A DNA stretch of 64,000 nucleotides from Octopus sinensis (Eukaryota), in the NCBI RefSeq assembly GCF_006345805.1, contig NC_042997.1, positions 152,210,001 to 152,274,000 of the forward strand, written 5' to 3'. The position numbers were made by a program, and so were the translations under genes. Within the stretch, counting starts at the first letter, position 1. Every line of letters starts with the position of its first letter. The notes below the pieces were generated by a model that searched no databases, had not been told where the DNA came from, and saw only the letters and a program-made list of their open reading frames with translations. Below, in pieces: positions 26,678 through 38,759 of the stretch.

Positions 26678-26925
26678 GTTGTTTTATTATTACCCACAAG
26701 GGGCGAACATAGATGGGACAATACAATCTGATGATGGGGTCAGACACACGAATGGGTTTTTACAATAAATCGAATTTAAAAATTTTCATGAATTACAATA
26801 AATGGACAGAAATCGAATGATGGGACAGACCGGAAGACATTACGGGTGGAGTGGGTGCGGGTTTAGCTCGGACCCCACGAGCCCCGCCTCCCCACTGATA
26901 CTTTTGGTTGCGCTTGGTATTACAT

Positions 26926-28944
26926 TTATGTTGTATCTTTCACTCGCAACTTTCGTGCTACATCCTTCCATCGTTCTTCATACACTCTCCTAGTCAGGCA
27001 TATTCTCTCCAGCCCTATCTTCCTTTTCAGGTGAAAGATGAAATAATTCATCAAACCAGGGCCGGAGATGAACTTGCCTGACTGTAAACCTTTCATTCTC
27101 GTCTTCCATATCACCTCTTTCGCAATTGCTACTACAACGAGAAAACGAAACTTACCTTCATTCACAAGGAAATCCGGTGGGTCAATTTTTGTAATCGACT
27201 CAGTCGACAGCTGTATTCTTCGTGTACCTGACAACAGCTGTTCGGCATAAACCCACACCTCAGACACGTCCGGACAATGAAAAATAGCGTGCGGGACGGT
27301 TTCCCTATCCCGCCCGCATCTTGGACATATCGGACTGTCTTGGCCACCGTGCCTTGCGAGTTTATCCCGAACAGGTAGAGCTCCTCTGTAGCATTGCCAT
27401 GCCAGAGACTTCTGGAAGTTGTCCAGTGTCCTCGGCTTGAACGTACGTCGGAACAGACTGGCCAGCTGATTATCGTCGAGACCTAGGGTTTCCCCCAAGG
27501 TATCTTCACATTCCGCCTCTACCAACCCTCTATAGAAGAATGTGGTGGAACCCCCACCGCAGGCGTTGCCCGAGCGACGGAATAGCAGGAGAGCCTTGCG
27601 ACACTCCGTGTACCAAGTACCAAGTTTCGATCTACGATTCAGCCAGGTTTCCCATCCACCGAAACTAGTGAACTTGGGAAACATCAGTTTTTCTAGCGAA
27701 GACCACACCCGTTCACCATCCAGGTAGAGCCACAGATGTCTTAACCTCAGCGCATGTCTGCGCATCATCAGCCAAGGCATCCCTAGCCCACCCTTTAACG
27801 GTTGTTGACAGCAAGTAGAGCGTTTCACAAGTGGTTTCCCGCCCTTCCACAAGAAGTAGAAGAGCTGTCTTTCCAACTTGATCAACCACGAATCAGGGCA
27901 AGGAACGACGGAAAGGCGGTAGATGATAACCGATGCGATAAACACATTGGCCACCTCCGCCCTCCCTTTCAGGGATAGCCACCGCCAAGACCAGGTCTTG
28001 GCTACTGCAGCCACCTTGCTCGTTACCTCGCCCCAATTCTTCCCTATTTGGAGGTCTGGACCGAACCAGACCCCTAGCAGTTTAATCGGACCCTCCGTCC
28101 AACGTCCCACGACGCTGTCAGGAGGCATCGACTTGCCTCTCCAGGTGCCGAGTTGCAAGCCGACTGACTTTTCGCGATTAACTTTTGCTCCTGTCACCGT
28201 CTCGTAAACCTCTATGGCCTTGCCTACTTTACATAGGTGGTCCATTTCGGTTACGATGATGGTGATGTCATCCGCGTACGCTGACACTGATTTTCCATTA
28301 CCTGGCTGTCTCGGGATGCCGCTCAGTTTTCGCAGTAATGGCTCAAGAGCCATCACGTACAAAAGCGGGGAGAGCGGACACCCTTGACGAACCGAGCGTT
28401 TGATTTTGAACGGCTTCGACAAGAAGCCGTTCACCCGAACTACCGAGTCGATGTTATCATAAATTTGGATAATCCACCTGAGGAAGCCAAGGCTCAGCCC
28501 GAACTGTGCCAGGGCAGATACCAGGTAACGATGGTCGACCCTATCAAAAGCTTTAGATTGGTCTAAATGGACCAGTGCCCCACCCTTGCCAGAATCACTA
28601 TTAAACCCCTCTATAGTGTACCGCATTAGATGGAGATTATCCTGAATGGATCTGCCCGGAACGGCACATGTCTGTGCCTCTCCGATCAGACCATCCGCGA
28701 CACGCGCCAATCTTTTCGATAACACTTTGGCCAAAATCTTCAACTCTGTGTTTAGCAGAGTGATGGGCCTGAAATTATCAATGCACTCCCCCTTGCTCGG
28801 GTCCTTTCTGACGAGAGTCACTACTCCCCGGCGCACAGATCTGGGTATAAGCCCGTTCTGCTGCCAGTTCGCATAGACCTCCGCCAGTAGGTGCCCGAAC
28901 AAGTCTGGCATACTCTTATATAACTCATAGGGTAGACCATCCAA
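26926..28944 (-). pseudogene. LINE ORF2, reverse transcriptase and C-terminal zinc knuckle
   Basis: RT motifs FRPITLLN, DQSKAFDRV, QGCPLSP, YADD; CPRCGRDRETVPHAIFHC knuckle; separated from the upstream frame by a 1-nt deletion at 28945-28947 (CCG GT TTG for P-G-L). Confidence 0.95.
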
Positions 28945-29096
28945 ACCGGCGCCTTGCCCGCGCCGCAGTCCGCCATTGCCTCAACCACCTCCTCAGGCGT
29001 GATTGGCCCTTCACAGCCCTCCGCATCTCGCCCCGATAAGCGCGGCAGCCCGTCGAGTAGGTCCGTAAAGGCCCTCCTCCTATCCAGTCCGCCGCA

Positions 29097-30320
29097 CTAA
29101 CCGAAAAGCTGAGCGAAGTGCTCCTGAAAGGCCTCACACATCTCCTCGGGTTCGTTTATCAACTCACCTTGTTGGTTCGTCAAAGATCGAATCGTGGCAT
29201 CGTTACCATGCTGAGCTTCCACCACTCGGGCCCATCTCACGGCGTTGATTCCTTCACATCCCATATGGCGGATTCTAGCCCTGACAATGCAGCCCATGTG
29301 TTTGGCCTCGAGGTGCTGGTTTAACACCAGTCTCTTGGACGCCACCTGAGCCGCAGAGCCAGTTTTCATGGCTTCCTCTAATTCCTTAACTAGAGTAGTT
29401 TCCCTTCTAGCCTCTCTAGCCACTACTCCTATGCTATATCTAATAGACTCAAACTTGATGGCTCGTTTGAGGGCGTACCACCATTTGTTATTAATGATGG
29501 TACCAGATAGTGCCCTCTGAATTATATTCCTAATCCGGTCTTTGTACTCCTTAATCGCCAAAAGGGACGTATTAAGTTTCCAGTAACCGGATCCTCTATT
29601 TTTAACCTTATCTATGTCAAGCTTACAAGTGACCATTTTATGATCACTGTAGCTGATCGGATAAAACTGTGGACACTTAGCTATTTTACTGTCTACTTTT
29701 CTAATTAGTATTCTATCTAAATATGACCTGGAAGATCCGTCGCTGTTTGACCATGTCCACAATGGAGCGTTCGGAAATTCCAGCCTATAAGGATCTGCTA
29801 GCTCAAAGCGGCTTAGCAGTTCCATGAAGCCACTGTTGCCTTTTCTATCTGGACGCGAGCCAACACAATCTACATCCGCTTTGCAAATTGTGTTAAAGTC
29901 TCCTAGCACCACTAATGAATGCGAAGTACCAAGAAAGTTTTCTAGTTCACGAAAATAATCACTTTGCCCTGTATGGTTGGGTGCGTAAATTGCAACCAGT
30001 CTGATAACTTTACCATTACTGAACGTCAAATCCATGACGACCAGCCTACCTTCTGGATCTGCAAAAATTAACTTTTTCTCAGAAACCCGGTTTCTTTTTA
30101 ATAGGACCAACACCCCACTCCCGCCTGTAGGACTGCCAGGAGAGAAAAAACTCTCGTAGCCGTCAAACAGCGGGAGTAGACCTCTTGGCCCCTCTAACCG
30201 GGTTTCTGTAGCAACAATAACATCTAAATTACGCGACCTGATATCATGCAGGAAGCGATCTTGCTTCCAGCCTGCTCCCAGGCCGCGCACATTCAAACAA
30301 CCAACATAAATGTAATCCAT
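29097..30320 (-). pseudogene. LINE ORF2, N-terminal apurinic-like endonuclease part
   Basis: APE motifs CLNVRGL, ATETRL, IYAPN, LGDFN, SYLDRILI, SDHK; ends at a premature TAG (29097-29099), after which the same frame stays open to GKAP. Confidence 0.93.
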
Positions 30321-30329
30321 TACTTACCT

Positions 30330-30610
30330 TTATATCAGTGGTTCGGTTTTCTCTTGTTCTTCTAACTCTTTTTCTGGGCCTCGTGGGGGAGTCTGACGTA
30401 GGCCCTCGAATATATGTGGAGATGTCACATCCAATCTAAGTGGGCCTACGTCATGGAAGAATTCTGACTTTATCCGCCCGTAATCCTTCCGGCCTATTCT
30501 GTAAATTACAAAGTCGTTTTTTTTCACTACTTTCTCCACTTTGGCCATGGCTGCCAACACGTTTCCGAGTCTGCTATTTGCTGCCTTTACGGCCATATTA
30601 TTATCCATCT
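30330..30610 (-). pseudogene. Probable C-terminal remnant of LINE ORF1
   Basis: Open frame (MDNNMAVKAA...KTEPLI*) ending 9 nt before the ORF2 ATG, the usual ORF1-ORF2 arrangement; no motif recognised independently. Confidence 0.55.
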
Positions 30611-31846
30611 GGACTATTCCATTTCTGCACGCTAATTTTATTTTTAATTTATTCCCATTCATGTGAAACCACTTATTCAAGTTCAAGTCATTGATGCAAT
30701 TTTATACCAATTGCTATTTTTACTTTTTTTTATGTTACGATTATATTATACTTTAGTTTGATTTTAATTATTACTTACTACATATAATTCAATTGTTATT
30801 ATTATTTTTATTGTTAAAGTGAAAGTATCTGACATAAAATAGAGAAATGTTTTTGTTTCACTTTTAACACGTAATACTGAAATAGTGGAGAAGATATGAT
30901 ATTGCTATGGGCTCGCTCTAGGCAAGAAGTTGAACATTTTTTTCCATGAAACTACATGGACCCTAAGTAAGCCATGTGTAAAATTTGAATGAAATTGGTT
31001 GCGTAATTCTCAAGTTTTAGGGAAACACACAGACAGACAGACAGACAGACAGACACACATTCTCAGTTTTATATATATAATGATGACACTCTATTAAATA
31101 TACTATCACTGATTTGCTTATTTGTTTTCCAATCATGTGGTGTAAAGGGTAATTCGACTTACCCTTTAATATGGATAGTTTCGTCGAATTGCATTCATTC
31201 ATAAACAGTTATCTCATTGTATCAATACAATTGTTCTCAGCGCATTCATAAACAGTAATCTTACTTGTTCTCAAAGCGATGTTTCAGTGGACAATCGATG
31301 GACCAATTCATTAACTTGAGTGTAAATAATAATAAGCTGGCTTTTGAACATTAAAATTTTGGATGAGGGTATTCCATCAGTTAAAATATCACTAGTGCAA
31401 CTTCTGGTTGTTTGCACGTTTTGGCAGACGAGTGTAGAAATCTTTTGTCATCTATGGCAACAAAACTGCAATTTTTATTGAGCTTTGAAATGCTGGTATA
31501 ACTGACGTGTGAAATATTAAAGGATTAACCTGAAAAAAATCACTTCCGTTGAACTGGTAGTGATATAACATAATAGCTTATTACTCCTATGTTCACTGTA
31601 ACCCATTGTATTTCAACTCGGAGTAGAGTTGGATAAGCCAGATTCTTTTGATGTCTAAAGATATGTATAGGTAATGGTTCCTTGCCTGCGAAGGGATAGG
31701 GAAAAAGTTCTACCGTGCCATAATTTTGTCGGAAGCCAATGTTCAACATATGTATAGGATTGTGGAATAAAATCTGTTCATATATATGTGTGTGCGCGCG
31801 CGTGTGTGTGTACAGAGATAAGGAGAGAGTGAGCATGAGCATGCGT

Positions 31847-31880
<34 letters not shown>

Positions 31881-32399
31881 GATAAACAAAGAGCAAGCAG
31901 TTACCCGCTTCGGACGAATAAAGTGTGATTATGTCATGTAAGTTTCTAGATTTTTATTTTAAACGTGCATAATGTTAAAATTAGTTAATCCTATCCAAAC
32001 ATCAACGCTTTCAACTACGCATGCTAAATAGAGAGTCTACACCAACACATCGTCTATTATAGACACATATCTGTGATTGCTAAAATCAATATCAATTTTT
32101 CTCTCCACTGGGAAAATTCTACACTTCTAAGGCAGGGTAGTCTGCATTATATCTAAAGAATTACGCGGAACTAACGGCCTTCAATAAAAGAAATATATAT
32201 ACTCTTTGAAATTCACGTACAGGGAAAACTCTACCACTTTGTCTTGTATGGCATGGTTATTTCGGAACCAGGCAAATATCTCTCCCGCATAACTTCAAAC
32301 ATACCCTGAACCTATAAGTGCCGTAATTGTCTCTGAGAAATTGCTTTTATTAAAACGATTCGCTGTATCCCTTACCAAGGACACCGAATTTTCACACTG

Positions 32400-32800
32400 C
32401 TGTTATCAACAGAACTCCCTACTAGCTAATTTTAAAGCATTAGCTGATAGAACTGGTTTATAATTCTAATGAAACTTTACTGAAATTCTTAAAATTTTCT
32501 GAGACCAAGTGTGAGATGACTCCAAACTTTAGCGTTCGGGATTACCATCTAATCAACAATCCCTAAAATACGTAACAGCTACCCAACTATTGATTCTATC
32601 ACATGGCTCAAACTTACAAATAGGAATGAACTTTATGTATCATCCATTGTTAATCAGCCTTCTTAAGAATTTGTAGATATTTCACCATTTAGATCGACAG
32701 CATCTAAAGAATAAGTGTTTTTATATCTGTGAATCGTTCAGAAATACATGTATTTCATCTAAATATTTAATCTCCATGGCACGTGGTGAACGCTCGTCTG
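32400..32800 (-). mobile_element. Possible Penelope-like RT relic
   Basis: Heavily degenerate frames (LDAVDLNGEIST..., SHVIESIVG) weakly resemble the PLE RT C-terminus. Confidence 0.3.
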
Positions 32801-33364
32801 TTCATCTGTCTAACTAAGCATTTTTTATGGATAAGTCATCCTGAATGAATATTTAAACATTCCTGTATCATTGGTTTCATAAGATGCAAGAGGCGAAGCA
32901 ATCCGAAATGGACACAAAACTTCACTCTACTTAAAGTATGCAGTATGTTCATCAGTAAACATTCCTTGCTGTTAATAGCTTTATAATATGACAAACTTTA
33001 CATATGTATACATACATATATATGTGTGTGTGTGTGTAGTTGAAATTTATAGAAAAACAAAAGATTAAGACAGGTGTATGAACAACAAGCAGGTGTATTA
33101 GTTTGACGCTCTGAAAAATGAAAAAGTCTTTTACGTTTCGAGCCTACGCTCTTCAAAAGAAAGGAATAAGAGAAAATAAACAGAGAGAAAAAACAAACCT
33201 GTAGATTTAGCGGTCAAGCATGGCGAATGATTAGAAAAAAGTTTAAAAGAGGTGATTGAAAGAAAGGGAGATAATAAAGTGCTGGTGACCCTAAATGAAG
33301 ATGCGTGTGCGTGTGTGTGTGCGAGAATGGTGTGTTTGCATGTATATATATATATATATAGACG

Positions 33365-33588
33365 CAGGCGTGGTTGTGTAGTAAGAGCTTGCTTTCCAAC
33401 CACATGGTTCCGGATTTGACAACCGGTGTTGGTGTGTTTACGCCTCTGTAGTAACTCGGCGGTTCGGCAAAAAGACCTTTAGAATAAGTACTAGGCATTA
33501 TAAAATAAGTCCTGGGGTCGATTTGTTCGACTAAAATACTTCAAAGCGCTGCTCCAGCATGGCTGCAGTTAAATGACTGAAACAAGTA
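33365..33588 (+). mobile_element. Family B SINE, internally deleted
   Basis: Family B head joined directly to the 3' body and tail. Confidence 0.8.
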
Positions 33589-34384
33589 GCGAGCTACACA
33601 TGTTTTGTGATCTGTGGTAACTTTTTTTCCGAAGTGTCACATTACTATAGTAAGCCGAAAGTTGTTGGTAAATTTCAAAACCATTTTATTTATGCAGTTC
33701 CTTAAATTATTTTGTAACTTATCTTGAACAAACTTTACAGAAGCTAAGTTATTTCTGGATAATTTCTTAATTAGAACCAAGAACAATGTTTAATTTGCGT
33801 ATTATTTTCTAATTCGTCATCTAGTACCCATCTATTCAATAGAGCCATGTCGCATACTTGTTCAATGTTGCCGTCAACACAGGGTGTGATTGAGTGTCCA
33901 GTTCTTTTTTGATGCGTGAAACTTGTGTGAATAGTTTTGAAATTTTCAGTTCATTTATGGACAGTCCGTAACGCCAAAAGACTCTTCCAGACTGTGTCGA
34001 AAGCGTTCAGTGAATTTAAGGCTCCGAAGCACTATATGCCACGGAAAACAGATCAATGAGCGCTGCTCTTCTGTTAGTAGAATTGAAGTTATGGTGTTGG
34101 TAGTAGAGGTGACCTTCTTTCAGCAGTCAGTTTTGTTGTTATTGGGCTAGAAAGCCTTGAGGCGATTAGTGCTTCTACAGTTGTAATATCGACGCCTTCT
34201 ACTCTCCACTGCTACCTGCAGTTGATGTCCTCCTAAAACCTCTGTTAGATTGGGAATTTTGTCGAGTATATCATGTTTCACCCGAATCGAAATCTCCAAC
34301 TCCATCCAACACTAATTTTTTCAGTTTTTATTTTATTTATTATTAGCAGCGAGCTAAGGTTTTCCAAAAGCTCACTTTTCCTCA

Positions 34385-34550
34385 TCCTCCAGAAGTATAG
34401 TTCTGGTGTTATGTTTGAGACTTTTACTCGGATTATTTTCTATCCCAGGTAAATCGGTATCAGTGTGAAATCTTCAGTTTGGTGTTGAGAAGTAGAATGT
34501 TTCCAGGCTAGTGTTTCCAAATCGAAAATAAGTTAGATATCCGAAGCTTT
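34385..34550 (-). pseudogene. Second degenerate ORF1-like relic, homologous to 26350-26677
   Basis: Hand translation ASDI*LIFDLETLAWKHSTSQHQTEDFTLIPIYLG*KIIRVKVSNITPE; shares I..F.....A..(H/Y)ST, LxPxYLG and R.K....PE with the 26.5-kb peptide. Confidence 0.55.
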
Positions 34551-35486
34551 AGGTAAGTCCCACAAAAATTCATGTTTTGTAATATAGTTCAACTTAAACA
34601 TAGTTCAACTTGTTCTAAAGGTATACACTCTAATTTGTGTCTTTTTGTCAATAAGCATCTCTTCAGAGTTATTTTCTTCTGTTTGTGATCAAAAGTGTTC
34701 AAGTATATTGAGCGTAACTTTTTCTGTTCTACGTTGTTGTGTTTTTTCGCCTCTTCTAAACGTTCGTACTTATTAGCAAATAAGATGAGATAGCAAGAGC
34801 CATTGATCTAGACAAAAGAAACATTTTTGATGTGCTTTCACTAATGTTGTTGCTGCTGTTGCTAGTATCATCGTCGACTTGGTCGTGATTGTTTCTTATT
34901 GTAGTAGTGGTGGTAGTGGTAGTGGTAGTTTTCTTTGTGCTGCTATAGTATGTTGATATAGCGCTGCCCCAATGGACGAGTTTATTGGGCTGTCATTTTG
35001 CAAGGTTCTTTGTTTGACATGTCATTGTCCTTGCCGCTGCTACGGTTCTTCTTGTTGCATTTATAGTTATTGCTATTGTTATTTTTTGTTAATGCCATTG
35101 CTGCTATTGATACTGTTACTACTATTTGTAATTATCGCTATGTCTGTGGTATTATGAGGTAGGAGATGGCTGCAAAAGACAGTCTCACCTTCAAAATCTA
35201 CTCTCACCTTCCTGCCTTACTGACTGAACGGCAAAGACAACGCTATTTTGAAAATTTCTTTCTGCTTCGAAATTTTTTCTTTCGCTCTTTTGAAATTTTT
35301 GAGCAAGACACAAAAGCGGTCGATCACTCTCTTATGTTTTGGTCAACTAAACAAACAAGGCCGAATAATAAAATCAACACAAACAGACTTCTGATAATGA
35401 AAACATGGCACAAACTCACACATCTTTCAAAATACGTTAAGCTTAGGGGATAAGACAACAACAACAACAACAATAATAATAATAAT

Positions 35487-35903
35487 ACTCTTTTACTCTT
35501 TTACTTGTTTCAGTCATTTGACTGTGTCCATGCTGGAGCACTGCTTTCAGTCAAGCAAATCGACCCCAGGACTTATTCCTTGTAAGCCTAGTCCTTATTC
35601 TATCGGTTTCCTTTGACGAACCGCTAAGTTACGGGGACGCAAACACACCACCATCGGTTGTCAAACGATGATGGTGGGGGGACAAACACAGAAACACAAA
35701 TACACACACATATATATATATACATATACGTATATATACGACAGGCTTCTTTTAGTTTCCGTCTACCAAATCCACTCACAAGGCTCTGGTCGGTCCGAGG
35801 CTATAGTAGAAGACACTTGCTCAAGGTGTCACGCTCAAGGTGAACCCAGAACCATGTGGTTGGTAAGCAAGCTACTTACCACGCAGCCAATCCTGTGCCT
35901 ATA
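35487..35903 (-). mobile_element. Family B SINE, full length
   Basis: Reverse-complement match to 41322-41727. Confidence 0.9.
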
Positions 35904-36750
35904 GTACATATACTTACATAAATGTGTGATATTAGAAGTGACATCGAGTTCCAATTGGAAGCAAAAGGAAGAAGGAAGAAGACATTACTGAAATTCGTGG
36001 CACACCAATGAATAGATCGGAGAGAGCTCCATTGGCACATGCTGAATATCGAGGTACATCAGACTGAGGACCAAGAAGAACACCATTATCATACATTGCA
36101 CTGATACAAACCTAATAGTTGACCTCCGACCCAAGAAACGAGATCTGAATATAGATCATTTAGCTATGAATTTTCATGCCTACTCAGGTTAACTTACTGT
36201 TGTCTTTCAAATTCTCAACGCTATTAAAAGTAAGATAAATGGAAACCTATCTTACAGGCTCACTGTTATAATTACTGATAAGACAAATATCTACAGGAAA
36301 CTAAGAGGAAAGGGTTAGATAAGAATTCGCAAAGGAAATTCATAGCATATCAGATATTTCAGATAATTGCTTTATCCTCCTGATTGGTACAGTTGCATTA
36401 ATCGACCTTTAGATAATTGTTTCACTCCAATATCTAGTCTTAGAAAGATTTCAATTACACAGGTACGTCGCCGCTTATACTGTTTCTGCGGTTCTTTTAT
36501 CCCTGGAGTGCATCATGATATTTACGTTAAACGTGTGTCGCAAAACAAGTTTAATTACGTATGATCTTTCTTTGCCTAAAACATAACTCACGAAATGCCA
36601 ATAGTTTACAGTGTGTTTCAGTGACAATCCAATGACAGAGATTTCTATGTTGTCGATTGATTTGCTAAATATGGTTACCAAATTTACCTCCAATCACATC
36701 CTACCATCTTTAAAACGGGTCTGTTTTCATTAGATAATGTCTTAGATACC

Positions 36751-37157
36751 TATTTCTTTGCTACCCATAAGAGGCTAAACACAGAGAGGACAGACAAACA
36801 GATTAAGTCGATTATATCGACCCCAGTGCGTAACTGGTACTTAATTTATTGACCCCGAAAGGATGAAAGGCAAAGTCGACCTCGGCGGAATTTGAATTCA
36901 GAACGTAGCGGCAGACGAAATACCTATTTCTTTACTACCCACAAGGGGCTAAACATAGAGAGGACAAACAAGGACAGACAAACGGATTAAGTCGATTATA
37001 TCGACCCCAGTGCGTAACTGGTACTTATTTAATCGCCCCCGAAAAGATGAAAGGCAAAGTCGACCTCGGCAGAATTTGAACTCAGAACGTAGCGGCAGAC
37101 GAAATACCGCTAGGCATTTCGTCCGGCGTGCTAACGTTTCTGCCAGCTTGCCGCCTT
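36751..37157 (-). mobile_element. Family A SINE head-to-tail dimer with Tx1-like tail
   Basis: One full copy joined to a head-truncated copy; 16-bp TSD TAATGTCTTAGATACC at 36735-36750 and 37158-37173. Confidence 0.93.
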
Positions 37158-37859
37158 TAATGTCTTAGATACCAAAAGCCATGATGATCACGACTGGAAT
37201 CCTTTAGGCTACGAAATTTTTCTGTCAAGACTGACCTAGAAGTAAAGAACAACTCTTTCTAAATATGCAATGTTAAGTTCAATACCACGTGGATTAATTT
37301 TTATACCCATTCCATTTTGTACGTATCCAATCTATTTATTTAGTAATTTATTTACAGAACATGTTTCATTCATATCAGCTGACCTCCGTTGGAATTTCCG
37401 ATCATGTTTTTTCAGTCGCTCCATTAACTGGCTTACCAACTTCGCTGAATTAGCGTGCATATGGTTGTGTATTCCACAGATGCACATATCCTCATGTGAA
37501 ATCATCAATGTAATAAAGTTGGACCTCCGAAATAGAGCTACACTCTATTCGGCAGGCTTCCACACAATTTCCTTCAACCTAATTTCATTCGCAAAGTAAG
37601 GATTGGTTCAAGGCTATAATAGAAGACACTCGATAAATATACTATGCAGTGGAAGTTGAGCCTGTACCTTGTAAGTAAGAAATGGATTTCTTAACCAGTC
37701 AGTCACCTTTGCTTCTACTTTAGCCACATATGATGCTGCAAAACAAACAGTTATTCTAATCAATGCGATATATAACCTTAATTATAGTGTTTTACAATCC
37801 TTCCGACGTTATTATATATGTATTTTGAGTTATTATCGCTTCGTAATTCAATTCTTCTG

Positions 37860-38570
37860 GAAATTCTTCTTCAGCTGCATCGACATCACAATTAATTGAG
37901 TCTATCATCCATGATTTTACTTCAAAGGAAAATATATCAGAATCTCTTTTGTTTACGTCAGTTTTTAACTATAAGATGTCTAGAATTTTTCGAGATCCAT
38001 TTTGTTAAGAGAGGAACAAATTACTGCCAACTCAAGCATGCTGTGAAATATTTTTTAAGTAAATTTACTTGATATTTTTCCAATTTTTCAGTAAATGCTT
38101 TCAATTATGTTTTCAATCAATGTAAGGAATTTTCCTTGAAGTTTGAAGTGATACCTCATTAAGCTTTCAAAATATCCAAGATAGATTATGTTTTATGCCT
38201 TCTTTCTCCATCAATTTTTAGAAAGTTTACTATGGTATCAAAAAGGGCTTATAAATCTTGCAAACCAATTTCCTTTCCAGAGCCGTCTGACTTTTGTATG
38301 TAAAAGAAGACTTTATATATAATTCATTAAAATCAGAACAAAATTTCCAAAATCATACTTGCTATGTAATTTTATTATATTATAAGTTTTAATAAATATG
38401 TTTATACACTCAGTTTTTGCTACTTGATTTGTATCTGTGACTATTACAATATTTTGCAATGGTGTCAAGGCATATTTTTCACAAATGCGCCCTGAAATCT
38501 TTATGCCTTTCGACCATTGACATAGTACCACCGGTTGCAATCGATACCAAGTTTTCAGATAAAATTTTAT
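37860..38570 (-). mobile_element. Degenerate hAT-superfamily (Buster/ZBED5-like) transposase fossil
   Basis: Fragments NLVSIATGGTMSMVERHKDFRAHL, LLLHTKVRRLWKGNWFARF and LQGKFLTLIE / KAFTEKL resemble the hAT motifs ATDGA.SM.G, LHTEVRWLSKG and LQG; many stops and frameshifts. Confidence 0.7.
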
Positions 38571-38759
38571 TTTCTTAAGCAAGAAAAAAAAAAAAGATTT
38601 CCCAGTACAATCAGTATTTTAGTATTTTACAAGTCATACATCTTTCAATCTCTTACTTTCAGGGTCGATAAAACAAACACCAGCTGAGTAATGGCATCGA
38701 GGTAATCGACTCCTCCACCTCGAAATTACTGGCCTTGTGCCAAAATTAGAAAGAATAAG

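Larger units (their letters stand above)
26682..30620 (-). mobile_element. Tx1/L1-clade non-LTR retrotransposon, 5'-truncated
   Basis: Probable ORF1 C-terminal part, then APE endonuclease + RT + CCHC knuckle ORF2, then a ~240-nt 3' UTR ending ...CCCCTTGTGGGTAATAATAAAAC. The 5' boundary is approximate and no TSD was found. Confidence 0.92.
26188..31083 (-). mobile_element. Helitron-type termini enclosing the LINE cassette
   Basis: 5' A|TCATTATATATATAAAACTGAG + (TCTG)n at 31083; 3' GACCCG..CGGGTC hairpin + CTAG|T at 26188. That both ends belong to one element is inference. Confidence 0.55.

Noticed and set aside
27068-29324. Short plus-strand ORFs inside the LINE
   Set aside because: Antisense shadows of GC-richer ORF2
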